64,000 nt of DNA, taken from IMG/VR virus record IMGVR_UViG_3300017956_000004; one strand, given 5' to 3'. Of this stretch, positions 17,484 through 27,546 are shown one piece after another. Both the position numbers and the translations under genes were made by a program. Origin of the DNA: an uncultured virus (IMG/VR IMGVR_UViG_3300017956_000004). Its lineage: Duplodnaviria > Heunggongvirae > Uroviricota > Caudoviricetes. The first letter of the stretch is position 1; each line of letters begins with the position of its first letter. The notes under the pieces were generated by a model. It searched no databases. It was not told the origin of the DNA and was given only the letters and a program-made list of their open reading frames with translations.

Positions 17484-19856
17484 ATGGCACTCGGCGCAGG
17501 TTCAGAAAAAATCCCAGTAGAATATAATGAGTACGTTGGCGGCAACGTATACGGTAACATACTGGACAGATACGCCAATCCCTCTTATAATCTTAAATTG
17601 TACATGATTAAAAAGATGGATAACGATACTCTTTATGACGATCCAAAAAACACCGTAGTACTTGCACAAACAGGTGTAACTGGTGCTAGTATAGATGATT
17701 TAGTTATAGACTTTCAGTACGATACCTCAAATACAACTGCACAAAAAATAACCTTTTCAGTCACCCAACCCGGAGCGGCAGATTTTCTAGACCAAATACA
17801 GTTAGCAAAAGCATATTTAGGTTTAGAAATGCAAGCACAAACATTGCTATGGCTTGAAATCAGATTTCAGGGATATACTGCGTTTGCTGACGACGAAGAC
17901 GAGGGTGGCGAAGTTGACATTATTGCTGGGCCTTACAGATATAGACTGCAATTGAATTCTATAGAAGTCGAAATAAATGAAACAGGCAGCATATACAACA
18001 TGGAATGCCTGATGGATTCACCTGGTGCTATGACCGCCTACAAAGATACTTCTTACACTTTGCCCAGAAGTATAGACACTGTGGGTAAAACATTAACAGA
18101 ACACATTCAGGATTTAGAAAAAAAATTAAATGATTGGCACAGTGGTGAAGCAGCGGCAGGTATGGATGTTCCTGATGAATACAAATTTGATTTATCCAAG
18201 TTAGTGGCAACCAGCACTGGCAGTGGAGGTACTAACAGTCAGGACACACTAAGTGACGACTCCATGCTTACCAGCGAAAGTGTGGAAATAGAAGATTTAA
18301 ACAGACTACAGAGTGAGATCTGGAAGGCTGGTAGCATTATAGACAGACAACAGGAATTGGAGAATGCTCCTGTGTATACTGGTACAGGTGCTGAGCCAGT
18401 TTACGATCAGGATGCTATCAAACATCGCGAAGGTGCAACTTACGATAGGGTTTTTGCTACTTTATTAAGTATGTGTCCGCAGTTTTACAGCAAAGTTAGC
18501 AGAAAGGAAGATCCGCTGGATCCTGAATCACCAGTTAAAAAAGACCAAGCATTTGTTAGTTGGTTCAGAATATTAGCCGAATCAGAAATTTTAGGCTACG
18601 ATAAAAAACGTGGAGTAATGGCCAGAAGATATATCTACACTCCGGTGTTATACAAAACCCCTAGGGAGGATATTGCCCTTACTCCTGAAGAACTAGATTT
18701 TTCACCTGAAGATGCAGAAGCCAGAATGAAGCAACTGATTGCAAACAAAAGTATATTAAAAGCATACAGTTATTTGTTTACAGGTTTAAACGATCAAATA
18801 TTGGGATTAGATATCAGATACAAGCAATCAGCCGCTATCCTACAGCCGCCAGCAGGTGGTACGGTGGGTGATATTTCTCTGGTTGCCAGTAATCAACTTT
18901 CTGCCCAAGTAAGTGAAGACACAGATCCGTCACTGGAAGGCGCAGTGGACTTTTTTAATGAATTAAAAGATGTTGTGGACAAAGGTAAAGTGGGATCGTT
19001 ATTTGACGATCTCAAAGATTTAGGCAACAAACTAACTGACGGTGTTTTAGGACAATTATCTGATGTAATAGGTTTAGATTCTGGTACTATTAAAAATGCA
19101 ATAACTGACGCAACAGGACAACAAGCACAACAACTTATAGATGCACTGGATAAAAAACAAATAGCGGCATTGGCTGGTAAGCAAGAAACAGAACAGCCGG
19201 CATCAAAACGTCCTACAGAAGACCCTGCCACATTACTGTCTGTGGATAGAGAAAATTATAAACCTGAATTTAGTGGTTTTGTGTACAGCAAAGATATATT
19301 AAATCCTGATGATGGAGAGACATTTGCAGCAGACCTGGTTGACAGACTGGGCTATGCAACTGCTGGCGGTGTAACAAGGGTAAAACAACAAGTAGATTCC
19401 ACAAAAGACATTCCAAACAAGGCAGGCGCGGCGTCATACAAATCCGGTAGTGCCAGAAATAAACTGTTTGGTTTTTTGGTAGAACAGCAAAATGCAAACC
19501 AATTTTTACAAACTGTAGATTTACAACTGCGCGGTGATCCTTGGTACCTAAGCGGACCAATATCTACAGAGCAAAGCACAGAAGAACAAGTAAATTATTT
19601 TAAAGATACAAATGTTTTTTGGTTAGAAATCAGAGCACCCATTACATACGATCCTGATTGGCAAGACGAAGATAGTGATCTTAACAGTGGGTATTGGCAG
19701 TATAAGGGTGTAAGTAAAACATTTACAGCCGCATACACCATAGCAACCACCAAATGCAGTTTTAGTAAAGGGGCATTTACTGTGGACTTACACGGCCAAA
19801 GAACAGGTTTAGATGCTACATTAATAGAACCCAAGCCTTCAGGAGGCACTGAATAA
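17484..19856 (+). CDS. Baseplate hub protein (gp27-like, inferred)
   Basis: Lies between gp53-like and gp5-like genes; Y.YLFTG.N, LRGDP.YL and C-terminal F..G.FT..L motifs. Confidence 0.55.
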   Translation: MALGAGSEKIPVEYNEYVGGNVYGNILDRYANPSYNLKLYMIKKMDNDTLYDDPKNTVVLAQTGVTGASIDDLVIDFQYDTSNTTAQKITFSVTQPGAADFLDQIQLAKAYLGLEMQAQTLLWLEIRFQGYTAFADDEDEGGEVDIIAGPYRYRLQLNSIEVEINETGSIYNMECLMDSPGAMTAYKDTSYTLPRSIDTVGKTLTEHIQDLEKKLNDWHSGEAAAGMDVPDEYKFDLSKLVATSTGSGGTNSQDTLSDDSMLTSESVEIEDLNRLQSEIWKAGSIIDRQQELENAPVYTGTGAEPVYDQDAIKHREGATYDRVFATLLSMCPQFYSKVSRKEDPLDPESPVKKDQAFVSWFRILAESEILGYDKKRGVMARRYIYTPVLYKTPREDIALTPEELDFSPEDAEARMKQLIANKSILKAYSYLFTGLNDQILGLDIRYKQSAAILQPPAGGTVGDISLVASNQLSAQVSEDTDPSLEGAVDFFNELKDVVDKGKVGSLFDDLKDLGNKLTDGVLGQLSDVIGLDSGTIKNAITDATGQQAQQLIDALDKKQIAALAGKQETEQPASKRPTEDPATLLSVDRENYKPEFSGFVYSKDILNPDDGETFAADLVDRLGYATAGGVTRVKQQVDSTKDIPNKAGAASYKSGSARNKLFGFLVEQQNANQFLQTVDLQLRGDPWYLSGPISTEQSTEEQVNYFKDTNVFWLEIRAPITYDPDWQDEDSDLNSGYWQYKGVSKTFTAAYTIATTKCSFSKGAFTVDLHGQRTGLDATLIEPKPSGGTE

Positions 19857-22558
19857 TGATATCCAACAACGATGTAGGTGGTAGATACTACAGTAATAGG
19901 AGCCAGAAAGCGGCTGACTCAGCTCACCCGCTAATGGGCATCTATGTGGGTATCATCAGGTCGCCATTAGACCAACATCGTTCAGGCAGATACGAAGTAG
20001 AAATTCCATCACTTAACAAAGGCGGAGAAGACAGTACAACATATCCTTGCTTTTGGACTTCTCCATTTGCAGGCAGTACAAACCCTAACAAAGTTGGTAA
20101 AAATATTGAAAGTTATACTGACACATTAAAAAGTTACGGGTTGTGGATGCCACCCCCAGATGAGGGTAATTTGGTTTTGGTTGCATTTGGTGATGGCAAC
20201 AGCAAACTGGGTTACATTATAAGTTGTATTTTCCCTGACAGAATGACCCACATGGTGCCTGGCATGCCTGCTGGTAAAAGTTACAGCGACCCAAGTATGC
20301 TAATGCCGGTTGCAGAAAAGAACAAATTTGACGAACGTGTAACACACAATGACGCAACTCGTCCACTGCATGTTGACATAGCAGAAGGTATCGTAACACA
20401 AGGATTAATTAATGATCCGTTGCGTGGTGCAGGAACATCAGGTATGCGTAGAGGAGACATAAATGATGTTTATGGAATCCTGACACCTGGTCCTAAAGAT
20501 CCAGACAATAAAGAAACTGGACACCGCCTAGGCGGACACCAATTAATCATGGACGATAAACTGGACAGCAGGTTGGTTAGATTAAGAACTGCTGGCGGTA
20601 ATCAACTTTTAATGGACGATACCAGTGGTATTGTTTATATTATAAACCGCAAAGGTACAGCATGGCTTGAATTAAATACTTACGGCGACATATACATGCA
20701 CAGTGAAGGAACCATTGCTATGAGAGCAAAAGGTAATTTTGACCTACGTGCAGATAAAAACATTAATATAGAAGCAGGACAAAATGTACACATCAAAGCC
20801 GCTGGAGATAACTCAGGAGATCAATATTTAGGCATACCAGATGTTGGTGCTTTAGGTATCCCACCACTAGGTAACGGCGGTGATGTCAGAATAGAAGGTA
20901 CTGCTGATTTAAGTTTATATGCAGGATTGAACACCCAACTGACAGCAAACGGTGGTGATGTGGATATCAGTGCAGGTAGCAGAGTTGCAGCCACAGCCAG
21001 TGGACCACTGGGCATGGACTTACTTGCAGCAACTGGTCCTATCAAAATGCAAAGCACATTGCCAACCAGTGTGTTAAGTGCCGCAGGGTTTAATGTTACT
21101 AGTGGCGCACCTACCAGTATTATAGCACCCTTGATATTATTAAACAGTGGCGGACCACCTGCAATTCCAGCATTGCCAGCCATTGCGGCTCCGCAAATTG
21201 GTACTAACGAACACGAAGACAATCCCAAAGACCCGCCAAAATTTGATCGTGATGCGGCTATGGAAGGAAAAACATCCGCACCTACTGCTGGTGAAAGAAC
21301 TGGCAAAAAAGACAAAATAAAAACCATTGTGAGTAAGTTGATCACAACAGAGCCGTTTAAGGGACATGCCAAATATGACCCTGTTGCTGAAAGTGGAAAA
21401 GCGCCAGCACCAGATCCCAAACTGATAGAACAACTGCCAGCCGCGGCTGTGGACATGAGCGGAAAGCCTGTAAATGTAAACACTCCTAACGGTTACCTTA
21501 AAGGCACCGGCTACACAGATGAGAATGGAAACCCTATCACTGGTGGTGCATCACAGGCAGTAGACCAAGTACAAGGACTTTACGACAAAGCACAAGGTGT
21601 AGCACAAGGTGCAGTGGATGCCGCAACTGGTGCAGTAAAAGATGCGGCAGGCGATCTTGCGGCAGGCATTCCCAACTTTGAAGCCATGGGAGATATCGCC
21701 GGCAACCTTAAAGCATTATCAGAATTTGATTTAGCGGCAATCAGTGGATTGGCAGGACTTGTTGCAGGTATACAAATAGCATTACCTCCTATCAGATTCC
21801 CAACCACAAATGCATTAGCACAAAAAGTAATTGGTGTTGCCAAGCAATTAAAAGAAATGGAAGCACAACTAAAACAGTTTGCACTTGATTCATTGAATCT
21901 GCCAATGGATTTAGACTTCCCTAAAATTGCTAACATGAAAAACAAAATACAGCAAGCAGTGGCACAAGCACAAAATGGTGCACAACTAGGACAACTGTTA
22001 AGCGAGTCAGGTATACAAATGATACAGGATGGTCCAGGTACTATATTCCAGGATGCTGCAGGTAACAAACTGGTAGACTTTGCTGGTGGTTTAGGACCTG
22101 CAGGAGCAACACTGGGACTTGTGGGTGATTTAACACAAAGTTTTAATGATATTTCAAGTGCAGTAAAAACACCGTTAACTGCAAACGAAACACTGGCAAT
22201 GTCAAATTTTGCCAGACAAATTGGTACAGAAAACTTTTTAAAGAGTGATGTGTTATCAAAACTAAATGGTTTAAGTAATATAGACGCAAGCAACACTATT
22301 GGATATGCTGTAGCAAAAGGTAATGTCCTAAGGGAAATGCAATCCTGGAAGACAGCACCAAATGCACCAGGAGAGTCACCAGTTATTCAGCCTGGCTTGG
22401 CTGGCATGAGAAGATTTGAATCTATTTTGTTCCAATGCCCAGATGATATGGATGTAACCAGTTATATCACTGATGCAGGTTACTTGCCGGGCAGTGCTAA
22501 CTTTGACGATTTGGCAGACCGATTGCAGGCCGCCCTGGACGCACACACTGCTGCATAA
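19856..22558 (+). CDS. gp5: Baseplate central spike (gp5/VgrG-like) with a C-terminal lysozyme-like domain
   Basis: N-terminal OB fold (D...SGR..V.IP, YG.WM.PPD.G..VLVAF), beta-helix repeats (GGHQLIMDD, LRTAGGNQLLMDD), C-terminal GH24-like motifs. Confidence 0.85.
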   Translation: MISNNDVGGRYYSNRSQKAADSAHPLMGIYVGIIRSPLDQHRSGRYEVEIPSLNKGGEDSTTYPCFWTSPFAGSTNPNKVGKNIESYTDTLKSYGLWMPPPDEGNLVLVAFGDGNSKLGYIISCIFPDRMTHMVPGMPAGKSYSDPSMLMPVAEKNKFDERVTHNDATRPLHVDIAEGIVTQGLINDPLRGAGTSGMRRGDINDVYGILTPGPKDPDNKETGHRLGGHQLIMDDKLDSRLVRLRTAGGNQLLMDDTSGIVYIINRKGTAWLELNTYGDIYMHSEGTIAMRAKGNFDLRADKNINIEAGQNVHIKAAGDNSGDQYLGIPDVGALGIPPLGNGGDVRIEGTADLSLYAGLNTQLTANGGDVDISAGSRVAATASGPLGMDLLAATGPIKMQSTLPTSVLSAAGFNVTSGAPTSIIAPLILLNSGGPPAIPALPAIAAPQIGTNEHEDNPKDPPKFDRDAAMEGKTSAPTAGERTGKKDKIKTIVSKLITTEPFKGHAKYDPVAESGKAPAPDPKLIEQLPAAAVDMSGKPVNVNTPNGYLKGTGYTDENGNPITGGASQAVDQVQGLYDKAQGVAQGAVDAATGAVKDAAGDLAAGIPNFEAMGDIAGNLKALSEFDLAAISGLAGLVAGIQIALPPIRFPTTNALAQKVIGVAKQLKEMEAQLKQFALDSLNLPMDLDFPKIANMKNKIQQAVAQAQNGAQLGQLLSESGIQMIQDGPGTIFQDAAGNKLVDFAGGLGPAGATLGLVGDLTQSFNDISSAVKTPLTANETLAMSNFARQIGTENFLKSDVLSKLNGLSNIDASNTIGYAVAKGNVLREMQSWKTAPNAPGESPVIQPGLAGMRRFESILFQCPDDMDVTSYITDAGYLPGSANFDDLADRLQAALDAHTAA

Positions 22559-22583
22559 AAAAATCCCGGACAAGCCGGGATTC
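22557..22583 (-). terminator. Rho-independent terminator for the antisense small gene, possibly bidirectional
   Basis: AAUCCCGG-CUUGU-CCGGGAUU hairpin running into a U tract on the minus strand. Confidence 0.8.
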
Positions 22584-22585
22584 AA

Positions 22586-22846
22586 TTAGTCGATCAATTT
22601 TTCCATCTCGTTAAACTCTGCAGGAACTTCTTTAGAATTATATCTAAAGTTACCTGCAAGGTTGATGGTATCAAACAACACATACTTTTTAGTTTCTGAG
22701 TCATAAATGCCCATACTCACATATCGCTTGTACTGATTGTAGCACTTAAAGTATCGCTGCCCGTATTGACCGTTACGTTCTTCTGCCTTAGCCCAAATTT
22801 CTTCGAACTTCCTAGCAATTTTACGCATTGTGTCGTACCTTTGCAC
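22586..22846 (-). CDS. Hypothetical protein; start uncertain (GTG 22846 or the downstream ATG)
   Basis: 86-aa ORF filling the gap between gp5 and gp25, followed by its own terminator. Confidence 0.65.
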   Translation of the reverse strand: MQRYDTMRKIARKFEEIWAKAEERNGQYGQRYFKCYNQYKRYVSMGIYDSETKKYVLFDTINLAGNFRYNSKEVPAEFNEMEKLID

Positions 22847-22956
22847 GTTAACGTTGAGAATTTCATGGCAATGAAATCCGGCTTCACATTTATTTCTAAA
22901 TGCTTAATAGTATTTAAGCACACTTTGTATCAAATGTCAACAATTTTGGACCCTAA

Positions 22957-22987
22957 TTAAAACTATTGTTAATAGTTACGATAAATA
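22957..22987 (+). promoter_or_regulatory. Palindromic box plus late promoter for gp25
   Basis: TTAAAACTATTGTTAA-N7-GATAAATA, then 5 nt to the ATG. Confidence 0.75.
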
Positions 22988-22992
22988 ACAGT

Positions 22993-23367
22993 ATGGCAAA
23001 GTTCAAGGGTTTTAGTACTATAAACAGAGTAAGAGCTCCATATACATTGGTGGACAGTGAATTAGTGAAACGTGATTTGCTGAATGAGTTTTATACCAAG
23101 CGTGGCGAGCGTGTGATGAGACCAGAATATGGTAGCATTATTTGGGATATTGTTATGGATCCTAGTACACCCATGCTGGAAGGTCAAATACGTGATGATG
23201 TAGTCAAAATACTTGGCCGCGACCCTAGAGTGGAGCATAAAAATACATCTATATATGTTTTAGACCATGCTATAAGAATTGAGATCAATATAGAAATTCT
23301 ACCACAGGGCGATGTAGAACAACTTTACTTAGAATATACAAGGGAAATTACTGAAGGGTTACAATAA
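22993..23367 (+). CDS. gp25: Baseplate wedge / sheath initiator (gp25-like)
   Basis: LVKRDLLN.FYT.RGERVMRPEYGS.IW, DPRV; ATG 22993 preferred over the TTG start. Confidence 0.92.
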   Translation: MAKFKGFSTINRVRAPYTLVDSELVKRDLLNEFYTKRGERVMRPEYGSIIWDIVMDPSTPMLEGQIRDDVVKILGRDPRVEHKNTSIYVLDHAIRIEINIEILPQGDVEQLYLEYTREITEGLQ

Positions 23368-26300
23368 TGGCTAGTAGACAGCAAAACTTATTCGCGGCAG
23401 AAGATTGGAAAATTGCCTATAAAGCATACAGTGAAATAAATTTCCAGGCCTACGATTTTGACACCATCCGTGGTGCATTAGTGGAGTATGTAAGAGCCAA
23501 CTTCCCAGAAAACTTCAACGACTACATTGAAAGTTCAGAGTTTATCGCAATCATTGAATTGTTAGCATACCTAAGTCAAAGTTTAGCATTCAGAATGGAT
23601 GTCAATACCAGGGAAAACTTCCTAGAGACAGCAGAGAGTCGTGAAAGTGTATTTAAACTAGCACGTATGTTGGGTTACAATCCTAAGAGAAATATACCAG
23701 CAAGCGGATTAATGAAGATTACTAGTATTAAAACAAGCGAGCCCCTAACAGACAGTTTGGGTACTGACCTAAGTAACAAAACAATTTACTGGGACGATGC
23801 AAACAACAATCAAAGTTACGAACAATTCATTACTGTAATGAACGCTGCAATGAGTAAGACTAACCGATTCAGTTCCCCTATCAAACAGGGCATCGTGGGT
23901 GGTATTAGAACAGAACTATATCAACTTAATACACCACAAGCAGCACCGATTGTTTATAATTTTAATTTAAAAGTAAACGGCAGAGACAAGCCGTTCAATG
24001 TTGTAAACCCTGAATTCAAAGACAACAGTCATTTTTATGAGCGCCATCCAGATCCTACGAACCTGTTAAACATGATTTACAGAAACGATGGTGGTGGACT
24101 CAGCAGTGATGATACTGGATTTTTTGTATTTTTCCGTCAGGGTGTATTAGAGTTTGAAGATTTTAATTATACAAACCCTATAGAAAATCGTTTGGAAGAT
24201 ATTGACAAACCAAATATCACAGAGAATGATGTTTACCTACAAGAAATAAACAGCTCAGGTATTCCATTAAACAAATGGAGCCGTGTGCCTAACACTGTGG
24301 GCCAAACAATTAATTACAACAGCACCAGTTTAAATACCAGAAACCTATACGCAATAGAAAATACAGGAACAACTGGTGTTAGATTAAGATTTACAGACGG
24401 TAATTTTGGTAATGTACCAGTGGGTATATACAGATTTTGGCATCGCATTAGCGACCCTTCACGTTACACAATACAACCAGAAGATGCCAGAAACGTCAGT
24501 ATACAAATTCCTTATCAAAATGCACAAGGCAGAGATTATTCATTAACTGTTCGCTTTAGTTTAACTTACAGCGTGGGCAATAGTTTACCACCTGAGACAG
24601 TGGCCGCAATCAAAGAACGTGCTCCTAACACTTACTATACACAAAACAGAATGGTAAGTGCACAGGATTATAATGTTTTCCCACAAAGTCAGAACAGCAA
24701 TATTACCAAATTAAAAGCAGTTAATAAAACACATGCAGGTCATAGTCGCTATATTGATTTGAACGATCCCACAGGAACTTATCAAAATGTAGATACATTT
24801 GCTGATGATGCTTTTTTATATGTCGAAGACAAAAAGCAAACAGACAACGTTATTTTAAACAGTAATACTACTGCACTGGATGTAGTTGCAAGTGTATTAC
24901 CTAACAGACTTAAATCTCTAGGAATGTCAAACTTTGCTTATTATGGCGCCAGAAACGTATGGACCAATCCAGTTTACGGTGGTAGTGTTAATAACTTTAA
25001 GTTTACACCACAAGATAATGTAACCTGGAATTGTTTACCTATTAAAGAGATTAGTAATACTGGTTACATGAAAGAAGAATTTAGTACAGGTAGTAAAAAC
25101 GTACTTGTAACAAATAATATCAGAAGCAGACAATTTAAACCAAACACCTTCATGAAATGGAGAGATCCTGAAGATCCATCAATTTATAAATGGGTTAGAA
25201 TTATTAGTGTGGAAAACGGTGGGCAACTTAATGCAGGTATTTCTACAAGTAACGGTCCATGGACTCTAAGTGAAGAAGTAGAAGCCGGCTGGCAGTTAGC
25301 AGAAACCATTGTGACTATACGTTCACTGTATACAAAAATAGAAGCACAATTAATAGAAGCGGCAATTAAAAACAGAGAAACATTTGGTTTAGGATATGAT
25401 TTTATTGCAGACGCATGGTACATTATACCAAGTTCAGATCTTACCACTGTGGTCAAAGAGGGACATTATAAATTAGATTCTTCTAATCGAGGTGCACACA
25501 GTTGGATATTATTAATGGAATATTCACCCATAGATCAAAATAGCTATCGTTATACATTAACAAGCAGAAGTCAGGATTATGTGGTACAAAGTGTTGCAGA
25601 CTTAAAATTTTATAATGTTAAAAATGTAAAAGTTGTAGACAGAACTAACAAGAGTTCACAGGATACAATCACATTCACCACAGCAAATGCTAGACCTGCT
25701 GATACTGAAACATTTAGTTGGGACGGCTCTACACAAACTTGGCAAAACGAAGCAACTAATACATTCCATCGCCCACAAGCAAACAGGGTAAACCTACCAC
25801 TACGTTCCAGAGATACAACCTGGAAAGACGTTAATGCTACATGGGTAAGTAATTTTGGTATTTTAAGACCCAGTCAAGTAAGTCCACAGTTGATTGCAGA
25901 GGACAACAACTATGTTAAAGACGCTAGTATTACACTCAATACATATAAAGAGGTAGGTGCTATCACACAAGACAGTAATGTGGTTATTGGCTCTAACATA
26001 GGACAAGTTACCAGTTTACCTAACAAATTCAGAATTAGATTTAACAACACAACCTTTGGTGAAAATATTGTGAAGGTTGCTGGTGGTAATACTTTTGTTA
26101 CATACCGACAGATACCCACCGGAAGCACATACGGCACAGAAGAAATATTTGTGGCCAAGGTTGGACAAAGCTCAGCATACAGTTGGGGTGTAAATGGTTC
26201 AATGGAAAACACCAGTGTAACAGGACGTTTAACATTACTTGATTATGATGCTACTAAGCAAGCAGGTAATTTATTATATTCCAATATACAAGAAAACGAC

Positions 26301-27533
26301 ATGCACTGGAGTAAAGACGGTTCAGGTATAATAAGTCAGGACAAACTGAATATCACTTACTTGACAAACAAGAGTAATTTAGAACAACCTGTTAAGTGGC
26401 ATGTTACAGACGTTTATCGTGAAAGTGATGGCTATACAGATCCACGTAAAGTAAAAGTTGCTCCTTATGACTCGGACAGTGATTTGGTTCCTGATGATCC
26501 ACGCCAATTTGCAAAGTTTGTGGGTGTAAATGATTTAATACTGTTTGAATACTATCAGGATTTAAATGGCTACACTTACGATCGTCCAGTAATGGGGCAC
26601 ATACTAGATTACCGCGGCGAGTCCACAATATCAGTAGATAATCCACGTAACCTGATATCACGTGGCTCTGATATTCTTAATACAACCCAATTGCGTTCAG
26701 TGGATTGGATATTGGTTGACACGTTAAGTATAGCGAGAGCATTAGAAAACAAGAGTTATGCATCAGGTATGGTGGTATATGTAGCAGATGAAGAAAAAGT
26801 ATACCAGTTAAAACCTAGTAGCACAGCAATTAATTCAGAAATTTTATTAGTGCCCAGCAAAGAACATTTTGTAAAGCATGGACGAGGTAAAACACAAAAT
26901 ACACAAGCAAAATTAATTAACGATTGTTTTATCAGATGGCAACACGTGGCACCAAATGATGTACGTATTGATCCAAGTATTTCTAACATTGTAGAGATGC
27001 TGGTGTTAACATCAAGTTACTATAGTGACGTGGTTAAATGGCAAGCACAACCTACTGTAGATTTCCCATTGGAGCCTACCAGCAATGAGCTGGCAACAGA
27101 ATTCCAGGGACTAAATACATACAAGAGTGCTAGTGATTCTTTAGTGTTCCGCAGTGCTAAGTTTAAATTACTGTTTGGTGATTATGCAAAAAGTCAGTAC
27201 AAAGCAAGATTCCGTGTCGTTAAACTGAGTGATCAACTAAGTGATAACGAACTTAAAACACAAATTATTTCCACAATTAACAGTTACTTTGATGTTAACA
27301 ACTGGGAGTTTGGAGAAACGTTCTATTTTACAGAATTAAGCACCTATATACATCAGCGTTTAGGCTCAAGTATAGGTAGTATTGTTATTCTACCTAAAAC
27401 CACAACAGGTAAATTTGGAGAAATGTTCCAGGTGCAGGCAGAAGCAAATGAGTTATTCATTAGCACAGCAACAGTAGATGATATAGAAATTATTAGCAGA
27501 TTGGATAACCAAACACTGCGAACTGATCGTTAA
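23367..27533 (+). CDS. gp6: Baseplate wedge subunit (gp6-like, enlarged)
   Basis: YDFDTIR..L..Y, FNDYIESS, RENFLETA, LARMLGYNPKRN.PA.G, F.DGNFG..P, TQNRMV.A.DY. Confidence 0.9.
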   Translation: MASRQQNLFAAEDWKIAYKAYSEINFQAYDFDTIRGALVEYVRANFPENFNDYIESSEFIAIIELLAYLSQSLAFRMDVNTRENFLETAESRESVFKLARMLGYNPKRNIPASGLMKITSIKTSEPLTDSLGTDLSNKTIYWDDANNNQSYEQFITVMNAAMSKTNRFSSPIKQGIVGGIRTELYQLNTPQAAPIVYNFNLKVNGRDKPFNVVNPEFKDNSHFYERHPDPTNLLNMIYRNDGGGLSSDDTGFFVFFRQGVLEFEDFNYTNPIENRLEDIDKPNITENDVYLQEINSSGIPLNKWSRVPNTVGQTINYNSTSLNTRNLYAIENTGTTGVRLRFTDGNFGNVPVGIYRFWHRISDPSRYTIQPEDARNVSIQIPYQNAQGRDYSLTVRFSLTYSVGNSLPPETVAAIKERAPNTYYTQNRMVSAQDYNVFPQSQNSNITKLKAVNKTHAGHSRYIDLNDPTGTYQNVDTFADDAFLYVEDKKQTDNVILNSNTTALDVVASVLPNRLKSLGMSNFAYYGARNVWTNPVYGGSVNNFKFTPQDNVTWNCLPIKEISNTGYMKEEFSTGSKNVLVTNNIRSRQFKPNTFMKWRDPEDPSIYKWVRIISVENGGQLNAGISTSNGPWTLSEEVEAGWQLAETIVTIRSLYTKIEAQLIEAAIKNRETFGLGYDFIADAWYIIPSSDLTTVVKEGHYKLDSSNRGAHSWILLMEYSPIDQNSYRYTLTSRSQDYVVQSVADLKFYNVKNVKVVDRTNKSSQDTITFTTANARPADTETFSWDGSTQTWQNEATNTFHRPQANRVNLPLRSRDTTWKDVNATWVSNFGILRPSQVSPQLIAEDNNYVKDASITLNTYKEVGAITQDSNVVIGSNIGQVTSLPNKFRIRFNNTTFGENIVKVAGGNTFVTYRQIPTGSTYGTEEIFVAKVGQSSAYSWGVNGSMENTSVTGRLTLLDYDATKQAGNLLYSNIQENDMHWSKDGSGIISQDKLNITYLTNKSNLEQPVKWHVTDVYRESDGYTDPRKVKVAPYDSDSDLVPDDPRQFAKFVGVNDLILFEYYQDLNGYTYDRPVMGHILDYRGESTISVDNPRNLISRGSDILNTTQLRSVDWILVDTLSIARALENKSYASGMVVYVADEEKVYQLKPSSTAINSEILLVPSKEHFVKHGRGKTQNTQAKLINDCFIRWQHVAPNDVRIDPSISNIVEMLVLTSSYYSDVVKWQAQPTVDFPLEPTSNELATEFQGLNTYKSASDSLVFRSAKFKLLFGDYAKSQYKARFRVVKLSDQLSDNELKTQIISTINSYFDVNNWEFGETFYFTELSTYIHQRLGSSIGSIVILPKTTTGKFGEMFQVQAEANELFISTATVDDIEIISRLDNQTLRTDR

Positions 27534-27546
27534 GGGTTATAATTAA

